From Acidimicrobiia bacterium (GTDB taxonomy: Bacteria; Actinomycetota; Acidimicrobiia; Spongiisociales; SHLN01), in NCBI GenBank assembly GCA_041567895.1, contig JBFGAX010000008.1:1223-65222 (forward strand): DNA of 64,000 nucleotides, written 5' to 3'. The position numbers and the translations under genes are program-made. Shown piece after piece: positions 22,045-29,842 of this stretch (positions are counted from its first letter, which is position 1; the number at the start of each line of letters is the position of its first letter). The notes beneath the pieces are model-generated. The model did no database searches, had not been told where the DNA came from, and saw nothing but the letters and a program-made list of their open reading frames with translations.

Positions 22045-23205
22045 TCAGGTGAAGGCGATGGGGCGCACCGCTGGCGGAGTGTTGCGGCTCTTCACAAGGC
22101 GGATTTGCCCATCGATGACCGTGCCTGCGACCGCCAGGGTGTCACCGATCGCAAGCGCCGTGAATGCGTCGTCAGCCTGCGATCCGAGCGGGGCATCGAC
22201 GATGCTGAAATCGGCTGCACGACCAACCTCCAGGACCCCCACGTCGAGTTCATGAAGCCGGGCCACGTTGCCGGTTGCCAGCGCGACTGCCACGCCGGGA
22301 TCGATTCCCCCGAGTGAGGCCGCCCACGACATGACTCTCAACATGCCAAGTGGTTGGACGCCGGAGCCGGCCGGGCTATCGGTACCGATCACAACCCGGT
22401 GGAGTTCGTCCCGTTCTGCGGCGAGCTGCACCACATCGGCGGCAGCTCTCACATTGCCGTTGTGAACGATCTCGATGTGTGCGGTGGTCTCATCGAGGAT
22501 GGTCACTACATCGGCAAGCGGTAAAGCTGTCGGTCCCCCATTGGTGTGCCCGGCGACATCCGGCTGAACCTCGACCACGAAGTCGGCGCCGATCACGCCA
22601 CTGCCCGGGATCGAGGCGCCGCCGGTGTGCACCATGACTTTCATCCCGCGCGCCTGGGCCCAGCGGGTCATCCTGGCTGCGACCGCTGGATCCTTCACTC
22701 CCGAGATACCGATCTCGGCCACCAATCGGATGCCCGCCGCCGCCATTTCCTCGAAGTCGGCCTCGGTCAACCCCGGTTCGAGCATCACGGCACCAGCATG
22801 CACTTTGACGCCGGCCGGCCGCAGATTGTTGAAGGACTTGTGGGCGAGGACGGCCAGAGCCTTGACCCCGGCCGGATCCGTTGGACGCCCCGGTGTATGC
22901 GGCTCGCCCGCAGACATCATGGTGGTCACGCCACCGTGCAGACATGATTCGATGAAGTCCGATTGCCGCTGACGAGGCGTGTAGTCGCCGATGACGGGAT
23001 GAACATGGTTGTCACAGAGCCCCGGAATGACCGTCGCCCCCGCCGCGTCGACCTCACGGTCAATGCCCGAAGTGTCTACGTCAGCCGATGATCCGATGGA
23101 CGCAACCAGCCCATCGCGCACCACGAGCGTGTCTCCATCGGCAACGGGAGATCCCAGGTCGCCAGTCACGATCGTTCCGATGTTGCGGACTACGAGATCA
23201 CTCAC
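22045..23205 (-). CDS. Amidohydrolase-superfamily enzyme, enamidase-like
   Basis: 386 aa. The N-terminus is VRNIGTIVTGDLGSPV. The metal motif is DNHVHPVIGDYTPRQRQSDFIESCLHGGVTTM, then HTGGASIPGS and HTNGGPT. The C-terminus is VKSRNTPPA. From memory, the length and these motifs match the enamidase of Eubacterium barkeri. This needs a search. Confidence 0.8.
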   Translation of the reverse strand: MSDLVVRNIGTIVTGDLGSPVADGDTLVVRDGLVASIGSSADVDTSGIDREVDAAGATVIPGLCDNHVHPVIGDYTPRQRQSDFIESCLHGGVTTMMSAGEPHTPGRPTDPAGVKALAVLAHKSFNNLRPAGVKVHAGAVMLEPGLTEADFEEMAAAGIRLVAEIGISGVKDPAVAARMTRWAQARGMKVMVHTGGASIPGSGVIGADFVVEVQPDVAGHTNGGPTALPLADVVTILDETTAHIEIVHNGNVRAAADVVQLAAERDELHRVVIGTDSPAGSGVQPLGMLRVMSWAASLGGIDPGVAVALATGNVARLHELDVGVLEVGRAADFSIVDAPLGSQADDAFTALAIGDTLAVAGTVIDGQIRLVKSRNTPPAVRPIAFT

Positions 23206-23774
23206 CGGAGTCCGTCCTCCCCCACCGCCTCATCGATCGTCAGCCCACCGATGCGGGGCAGCGGCCTTCCTCCGTCTGTGACCGCCACCGCGATGACCAG
23301 CTCGTCATCGGCCGGGGCATCGACGACCCTCAGCTCGACCGCATCGAAGTGGCTACGGACAAAGGCGGCGTCCTTGTAGTGGACCGGAATGTCGAGAGCG
23401 GTTCCAGGACCGCCGCGCTTTTTGGAAGACGGAATGATTGACGTACCTCCGCCACATGCTTCGCGAAGCGGGGCTCCGAATTTCGGGTGGAGCATCGCCG
23501 CGACGTGTTCCAGCTCGCCGGCCATGCCGGTGATGCCTCCCTTGCCATAGGAATGGACCGGCCGGCCATCGAGCCTGGCCACCGCCGACGTCGACAGTGT
23601 CGATGACAGTTCAACACTCGCCTCGCTGAGGTCTGAAAGGTCAGCGATGTACTTGCCGGCGTGTGGATTGCCGATCACGGCCGCAACGATCACTCGACGA
23701 ACCGGCGGGACGATGGCCCGGCCTGCCTCGATGCGTATCTCGTCGACCAGCGTGCAGAGCTTGCGAATATCCAT
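23202..23774 (-). CDS. Amino-acid-synthesis family protein (AA_synth / DUF1185-like)
   Basis: About 190 aa from the ATG at 23774 (MDIRKLCTLVDEIRIEAGRAIVPPVRRVIVAAVIGNP...). The stop overlaps the amidohydrolase start. Size and N-terminal pattern fit this family. The longer track start at 23834 would overlap the divergent gene. Confidence 0.7.
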   Translation of the reverse strand: MDIRKLCTLVDEIRIEAGRAIVPPVRRVIVAAVIGNPHAGKYIADLSDLSEASVELSSTLSTSAVARLDGRPVHSYGKGGITGMAGELEHVAAMLHPKFGAPLREACGGGTSIIPSSKKRGGPGTALDIPVHYKDAAFVRSHFDAVELRVVDAPADDELVIAVAVTDGGRPLPRIGGLTIDEAVGEDGLR

Positions 23775-23824
23775 GTCGCTCCATCCCGGATGATCCTCGA
23801 TCAGTAAGCGTAGAGTCCTCGGTG

Positions 23825-24667
23825 ATGGCCGCATACACTGCCGAATTCGTCTCCCCGAAGACGTTACGCGACGCCCTCGATATCCGGGCTGCCGGTGACC
23901 ACACGATCCTTGCAGGAGGAACCGATTTCTATCCGGCTCGCGTCGGCAAACCGCTGACAGAACCGGTGCTCGACATCACAGAGATCACCGAACTCCGCGG
24001 CATCAGCCGAACCGACCAGGGATTTCGCATCGGGGCCCTGACTACCTGGTCAGACATCGCGGCTGCCGACCTTCCATCGGGCTTCGGCGGCCTGAAGAAA
24101 TCAGCAGCCCGGGTGGGTGGCATCCAGATCCAGAACGCCGGCACCATCGCCGGCAACCTGTGCAACGCGTCGCCCGCTGCCGATGGTGTGCCGCCGCTTC
24201 TCACCCTCGATGCCTCGGTGGAACTGACGTCGGCTTCTGCCACCAGGATCCTCCCGCTCAGCGACTTCCTTGTCGGATATCGAGAGACGGCGCTGCAATC
24301 CGACGAACTGGTCACGGCGATTCTGGTACCGGCCACCCTGGCTGATGCCAGCAGCGAATTTCTGAAACTTGGAGCACGGTCACATCTCGTCATCTCTGTC
24401 GTGATGGTGGCTGTCGCCGTTGTCCTGGGTGAGCTCGGCGAGGCGCAACACGTGAGAGTTGCCATCGGAGCATGCTCGCCCGTGGCCCGGCGACTCCATC
24501 AATTGGAGGCAGATCTCGTGGGTCGCCGTGGTGACCTCAGCGCGCTCGTGACGAGGGAGCACGTCGACATCCTTTCGCCAATAGACGACATCCGAGCCGG
24601 AGGTTCCTACCGGCTCGACGCCGCACTATCCATGGTGCAACGAGCCATCAGGAACTGCCTCCCATGA
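23825..24667 (+). CDS. Xanthine-dehydrogenase-family FAD-binding (medium) subunit
   Basis: ATG at 23825. It reads ILAGGTDFYP...IQIQNAGTIAGNLCNASPAADG, the typical CoxM/XdhB PCMH-type FAD domain. The stop overlaps the next start (ATGA at 24664). Confidence 0.9.
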   Translation: MAAYTAEFVSPKTLRDALDIRAAGDHTILAGGTDFYPARVGKPLTEPVLDITEITELRGISRTDQGFRIGALTTWSDIAAADLPSGFGGLKKSAARVGGIQIQNAGTIAGNLCNASPAADGVPPLLTLDASVELTSASATRILPLSDFLVGYRETALQSDELVTAILVPATLADASSEFLKLGARSHLVISVVMVAVAVVLGELGEAQHVRVAIGACSPVARRLHQLEADLVGRRGDLSALVTREHVDILSPIDDIRAGGSYRLDAALSMVQRAIRNCLP

Positions 24668-27417
24668 AGCCGATCCGATTCACGGTCAACGGCTCGGCGG
24701 TCGAGGTCGATGGCCCGCCACTCCGCCGCCTCACCGACGTGCTACGCCTCGATCTCGGCTTGACCGGCACCAAGGTCGGCTGCGATGCCGGCGACTGCGG
24801 GGCGTGTTCGGTATTGCTCGACGGTGCCGTCGTGTGTGCATGCCTTGTTCCGCTAGGTCGCTTGGCAGACAAGCACGTCATCACCGTCGAGGGTATCGGT
24901 GACGGCGAGCAGTTGAGCTCTCTGCAACGGTCGTTCATCCACCACGGCGCCGCCCAATGTGGCATCTGCACCCCGGGCATGCTGATTGCAGCGAAGGCAT
25001 TACTGGAAAAGGTCCAGAGTCCCGACCCCCATCAGGTGGAAGATGCGCTGGGTGGGGTGCTCTGTCGCTGCACCGGGTATCGCAAGATCGTCGATGCCGT
25101 CGTGGCCGCCCCCACGTTCGACGCCGACGACCTGCCCCCTCCGCCCGGCAAAGCCATTGGTAATCGGGTCCCGCGAGTCGATGGGAGACTGAAAGTCTCG
25201 GGCGACGACATCTTTGGAGCAGACGAGGCGCCGCAGGATGCACTCGTTCTCAAAGTCGTTCGTTCGCCTTTCCATCGCGCTACGTTCACCTTCGGCGACA
25301 TCGAAACGTACGTCGCAACCACGCCGGGGGTGGTTGCGGTTTTCACAGCATCCGATGTTCCGGGACGCAACCGGTTCGGCGTCATACCCGCGACCGCCGA
25401 TCAACCCGTGTTTGCCAAAACAGAGGTTCGCCATCGCGGCGAGGCGGTTGCGATGGTCGCGGGCCACGCCGACGACATGTCCGTATTGGACCTGGAGGAG
25501 TTCCCCGTTGTCTGGACCGAGCTCGAAGCGGTACATGACCCGGAAGCGGCGTTGGCTCCCGGCGCGCATCAGATCCACGCAGCGCGCCCCGGCAATGTCC
25601 TCGTGGAGGGCTACGTTGCTCGGGGCGATCTCGAGGCCGGTTTCAAGACCGCAGGCGTCGTGGTCGAGTCCGAATACACGACCACATTCGTCGAACACGC
25701 CTATATCGAGCCGGAAGCCGGCTTCGCCAGACGTGTCGGAGACCGGATCGAGATCCAGGCGACCACCCAGACGCCGCACATGGACCGCACAGAGATCGCA
25801 GCCATCCTCGGGATCGAACCCGAGAAGGTCCGGATCATCCCGACTGCGGTCGGGGGCGGGTTCGGAAGCAAACTCGATCTCTCTGTTCAACCGTTTCTGG
25901 CGGTCGCGGCCTGGCACCTCGACCTGCCCGTGCGAATCACCTACACACGACCCGAGTCCATGATGTCGACCACCAAGCGCCATCCTGCCCGACTCCGGGC
26001 CCGGGTTGGTGCCACCAGGTCCGGGGATTTGATCGCTATGGATTTTTCGGGCACCTTTGACACCGGGGCATACGCCTCGTGGGGCCCTACGGTCGCCAAC
26101 CGCGCTCCCGTACACGCCGGCGGCCCGTACGTATATCGTGCGTACCGGGCACGAACCCGGGCCGTTCATACCAATGCGCCACCCGCGGGAGCGTTCCGCG
26201 GTTTCGGCGTTCCTCAATCTGCCGTTTGCCAGGAGAGCCTTTTCGACGAACTGGCGGACGCCGTTGGAATGGACCGTCTGGAATTTCGCATCCGCAACGC
26301 TCTGACTGCCGGCAAGCCCACGGTCACGGGCCAGGTGTTCGAATCCGGCGTCGGTTTTGGAGAGTGTCTGGAGGCATTGCGTCCGGGATGGACGCACGCC
26401 CGAGCCGAAGCTGCCGAATTCAATCAAACCAATTCCCTGCGGCGGCGAGGAGTTGGCGTGGCAGGGATGTGGTACGGGTGCGGCAACACAGCATTGCCCA
26501 ATCCTTCGACGATGAAGGTTGGCCTGCATCGGAACGGAGGCATTGTCGTTTTCCAGGGCGCGGTTGACATCGGCCAGGGCGCCAACACGGCCATGCTGCA
26601 GATCTGTGCCGACACGCTCGGAATGGACATTTCAGCGCTGACATATGTCGGCGCTGACACCGCCACCACACCGGACGCCGGAAAAACATCTGCCTCCCGG
26701 CAGACGTTCGTCTCTGGCAATGCCTTGTTCGAGGCCAGCAGACTCTTGCGTCTCGAGATGCTCGAGATGACGCATGCCTCTGAGGATGCTCACTTCGAAC
26801 TAACCAATGGCCCATCCGGCGGGTCTACCTTGATGGTTCACGACCGGGGCGAAACCCGGGAGTTCGACCTCTTGAACGTCCCGGCCGACCCGGCCGGGTT
26901 TGTCGCTCTCCGTGACGCCACCTACGACCCTCCCACGTCACCGCTGGACGAGAACGGCCAGGGCGATCCGTATGCGGTTTTTGGCTTTGGAGCCCAGATG
27001 GCAGAACTGGAGATCGACACCCGGCTCGGAACGGTGCAGCTGATCCGCATCACGGCCGCGCACGACGTCGGGCGGGCCGTAAACCCGACGCTCATCGAGG
27101 GACAGATCGAGGGGGGCATCGCCCAGGGCATCGGCATGGCCCTCATGGAGGAATACGTGCCTGGTCGAAACGAAAACCTGCACGACTATCTGATCCCCAC
27201 GTTCGGCGACGTGCCGGAAGTGGTGAACATTCTGATCGAATCACACGACCCGATCGGACCTTATGGCGCAAAAGGAATCGGCGAGCACACGCTCATCCCC
27301 ACTGCGCCTGCGATCCTCAACGCCATTCGGGATGCGGCCGGGGCCCCGGTGCGCAACCTCCCGGCCACGCCTGCTCGGATCCTCGAGGCGATTCGCCAGG
27401 GCGCAATCTCTAGCTGA
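24664..27417 (+). CDS. Xanthine-dehydrogenase-family Mo-hydroxylase with [2Fe-2S] small subunit and molybdopterin large subunit fused in one polypeptide
   Basis: 917 aa. The N-terminal 150 aa carry both FeS motifs (GCDAGDCGACSV, then CGICTPG...CRCTGY). The remainder has GGGFGSK and the FRGFGVPQ motif of XDH/aldehyde-oxidase large subunits. Confidence 0.92.
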   Translation: MKPIRFTVNGSAVEVDGPPLRRLTDVLRLDLGLTGTKVGCDAGDCGACSVLLDGAVVCACLVPLGRLADKHVITVEGIGDGEQLSSLQRSFIHHGAAQCGICTPGMLIAAKALLEKVQSPDPHQVEDALGGVLCRCTGYRKIVDAVVAAPTFDADDLPPPPGKAIGNRVPRVDGRLKVSGDDIFGADEAPQDALVLKVVRSPFHRATFTFGDIETYVATTPGVVAVFTASDVPGRNRFGVIPATADQPVFAKTEVRHRGEAVAMVAGHADDMSVLDLEEFPVVWTELEAVHDPEAALAPGAHQIHAARPGNVLVEGYVARGDLEAGFKTAGVVVESEYTTTFVEHAYIEPEAGFARRVGDRIEIQATTQTPHMDRTEIAAILGIEPEKVRIIPTAVGGGFGSKLDLSVQPFLAVAAWHLDLPVRITYTRPESMMSTTKRHPARLRARVGATRSGDLIAMDFSGTFDTGAYASWGPTVANRAPVHAGGPYVYRAYRARTRAVHTNAPPAGAFRGFGVPQSAVCQESLFDELADAVGMDRLEFRIRNALTAGKPTVTGQVFESGVGFGECLEALRPGWTHARAEAAEFNQTNSLRRRGVGVAGMWYGCGNTALPNPSTMKVGLHRNGGIVVFQGAVDIGQGANTAMLQICADTLGMDISALTYVGADTATTPDAGKTSASRQTFVSGNALFEASRLLRLEMLEMTHASEDAHFELTNGPSGGSTLMVHDRGETREFDLLNVPADPAGFVALRDATYDPPTSPLDENGQGDPYAVFGFGAQMAELEIDTRLGTVQLIRITAAHDVGRAVNPTLIEGQIEGGIAQGIGMALMEEYVPGRNENLHDYLIPTFGDVPEVVNILIESHDPIGPYGAKGIGEHTLIPTAPAILNAIRDAAGAPVRNLPATPARILEAIRQGAISS

Positions 27418-28408
27418 ACGGCTCCACGAGGTGTCGGGCGATCAGATCGAGTTGGTGGGGGTCGTTCGTCAGTGGCGTGAGAATCAGGTACTCCAGACCG
27501 GCATCCCGCAATCCGGCCACGGTCTCCTGCATGTCATCAATCGTGCCCGTGAGATAGGACGCCTGTAGATCTGCCGACGTCCGGTGCTCGCCCATCACCG
27601 CCAGGAAATGAGGCATCTGAGCCGCCAGTGCCTCGTCGCGAGTTGCATCCTCCACGACGTGGACAAACTGGGTTGCACCGAAGATCAAGTGGTCCGGATC
27701 GCGGCCGATCGAGATCAGATGATCCTGGACCGCCTGCCAATCGGCTTTGACGTCACCAGGATCGCTACCGCTCGATCTCGCCATCCATCCATCCGCCGCC
27801 GCGATTCGGCGGAGAACGCCTGGAGCGATGTACGGCTTATCGGGAGTGTCAGGGGCATGGGTCAGCGTGCCGCCCGCCACCCAGATGTGAGGAAGGTCGG
27901 GGATCCGGGGGTGAATCGTGAGGTTCTCGACCTGCCAGAACTGACCGTCGAAGCTCACCCTCTCTTCGCTCAACAGAAGGCGAATCAGCTCGAGCGCCTC
28001 ATCCGTGCGCTTGCCACGCTCGCGCAGCGACACGCCAACGGCGTCGAATTCATCTGGATCCCATCCAACCGCGACCCCGAAACGAAACCGCCCACCCGAT
28101 AGCAGATGCAGCGAAGCGATCTCCTTGGCGAGGATGACGGGATGTCGCAGGGGCAGGACGAGGGCCGCCGTACCCAGTCCAACGCGCTCGGTCACCCCTG
28201 CTGCTGCGGCCAGCATGACAAGCGAATCCATCCAGGAAACGCCGTAAACCCCCTTCGAAACGAGCAGGTGATCGATGACCCAAATGTCTTCGTATCGATG
28301 CTCTTCAACCTGTCGGCAGTAGTGCAGGAGATCTCTCGAATCGTCGTACGAGATTCCCGGCCACGCATACGATGGAATGCGCAACCCGAAGCGAAGAGAC
28401 CGGGTCAC
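27410..28408 (-). CDS. Luciferase-like (LLM class) flavin/F420-dependent oxidoreductase
   Basis: 332 aa. It reads RFGLRIPSY...WVIDHLLV...GRFRFGVAVGW, a typical LLM TIM barrel. Its start overlaps the pncA stop by 4 nt. Confidence 0.85.
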   Translation of the reverse strand: MTRSLRFGLRIPSYAWPGISYDDSRDLLHYCRQVEEHRYEDIWVIDHLLVSKGVYGVSWMDSLVMLAAAAGVTERVGLGTAALVLPLRHPVILAKEIASLHLLSGGRFRFGVAVGWDPDEFDAVGVSLRERGKRTDEALELIRLLLSEERVSFDGQFWQVENLTIHPRIPDLPHIWVAGGTLTHAPDTPDKPYIAPGVLRRIAAADGWMARSSGSDPGDVKADWQAVQDHLISIGRDPDHLIFGATQFVHVVEDATRDEALAAQMPHFLAVMGEHRTSADLQASYLTGTIDDMQETVAGLRDAGLEYLILTPLTNDPHQLDLIARHLVEPFS

Positions 28409-28998
28409 ATCCCGGATCCGACCAGGGCCACGCCGGCCGCCTCGAGATCGGCCAATGCCCTCTCTCCGTCACCGGGCTGCAGGTTCACGGAGGCGGTTGC
28501 ATCGGTCAGCAAGGTCGTTGCGAACTCGCCCGCGATTGCATCCAGCGCCGTCTCCTTCACGCAGTAGTCGAGCGCCAGTCCTACAACCACCACGCTCTCG
28601 ATCCCGGCTTCGAGCAGAAGCGAGCCCAACCCGGTGGGCGTCTCTATCCCGGATTGCGGATCTCGCACAGTGAATCCCGAATATCCGTCCTCGCCACCGG
28701 TTCCTTTGCGGATCGACGGGCCGACGACGTCGAGGTCAGGATGGAACTGCGCCCCCCACGTGTCGCGTACACAATGCACTGGCCAGATGCCGCCGTCCTT
28801 TTCGAAATGCGGCGTTGAGTCCGGATGCCAATCCTGGGTATAGACCACGGTGGCATCGGCTTCCCGGGCATCCGAGATCTGACCATTGATGACAGGAACC
28901 ACCGCTTCGCCTCCCGACACGTACAGGCTTCCCTGCGCATCTGCGAAATCGTTCTGGACGTCAACGACGATGAGGGCGGTTTTGGCATCGTATTCCAT
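28405..28998 (-). CDS. pncA: Nicotinamidase/pyrazinamidase (isochorismatase fold)
   Basis: 197 aa. It has ALIVVDVQNDF (catalytic Asp), the metal site WHPDSTPHF, WPVHCV, the Lys region IRKG and the nucleophile motif GLALDYCV. Confidence 0.9.
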   Translation of the reverse strand: MEYDAKTALIVVDVQNDFADAQGSLYVSGGEAVVPVINGQISDAREADATVVYTQDWHPDSTPHFEKDGGIWPVHCVRDTWGAQFHPDLDVVGPSIRKGTGGEDGYSGFTVRDPQSGIETPTGLGSLLLEAGIESVVVVGLALDYCVKETALDAIAGEFATTLLTDATASVNLQPGDGERALADLEAAGVALVGSGM

Positions 28999-29035
28999 GG
29001 ACTCAGGCTACATACGAATTCCTGGCGATCGAAGA

Positions 29036-29842
29036 TCAGCCGGTCGACGGTCCCAGGCCGCGCACGCCGAGCCCGGCATCACATTCGATCACCGCACCGG
29101 TGGTGGCGGCTGCATTGGCGCGAGAGGCCAACTGAACGTAGTGACCGGTGTAGTCCGCGGGTTGCGGCAAGAAGTGGAGTGGTACCACCGCGGTGGCCAT
29201 TTCTTCCAGATTCGGGATCGAGGAAGGGGTGCGATCGCCGAGACCCAGCGACTCAGGGCCGCGGATGTCTGTTTGCATGAAACCCGGAGCGACACCATTG
29301 ACCCGCACGCGGGGCGCCAGCTCATATGCCAACTGGCGCACCAGCCCGACCACCGCATGCTTGGATGCTGTGTAGACCACGCCGCCCACGCCGGCGTGCC
29401 ACGACGACAGGGAAGCGGTCAGTATCACGGATCCACCGCTGTCTTGCAGCGCCTCTGCAGCCGCCTTCACACCAAGCAGATACCCCTTGACATTGACGGC
29501 GAAGAGCTCATCGAAACCACGATCGAGCTGTTCCATGTCGGTTTCCACGACACCGGCGCCATAGTCGAACAGACCTGCGTTTCCCACGTAGCAATCCAAC
29601 TTGCCGAACGTCTCGACACATACGGCAACTGAGCGCTGGTTGTCCTCCCCCGACCGGACGTCACCTACCACTCCTGTCACGGCGCCCGAATGAGCCGATT
29701 CCACGTCGGCGACGCGATCGGCAGATCGGTCGACGGCGACCACCCTGGCCCCCTCGGTGACAAAGCGCTCAACGAGCGCTCGCCCGAGCCCCGATCCAGC
29801 GCCGGTCACCAGCGCTACCTCACCTTCAAGCCACCCCATCAA
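29036..29842 (-). CDS. Short-chain dehydrogenase/reductase (cis-dihydrodiol dehydrogenase-like)
   Basis: 268 aa with the cofactor motif TGAGSGLG and the catalytic YTASKHA (YxxxK). Its first 17 nt overlap the 3' end of the upstream STAND gene. Confidence 0.9.
   Translation of the reverse strand: MMGWLEGEVALVTGAGSGLGRALVERFVTEGARVVAVDRSADRVADVESAHSGAVTGVVGDVRSGEDNQRSVAVCVETFGKLDCYVGNAGLFDYGAGVVETDMEQLDRGFDELFAVNVKGYLLGVKAAAEALQDSGGSVILTASLSSWHAGVGGVVYTASKHAVVGLVRQLAYELAPRVRVNGVAPGFMQTDIRGPESLGLGDRTPSSIPNLEEMATAVVPLHFLPQPADYTGHYVQLASRANAAATTGAVIECDAGLGVRGLGPSTG

Noticed and set aside
25000-26529. 509-aa minus-strand ORF inside the Mo-hydroxylase gene
   Set aside because: Antisense artefact of GC-rich coding sequence. 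The plus frame carries clear FeS and Moco motifs, and the minus-strand product has none.
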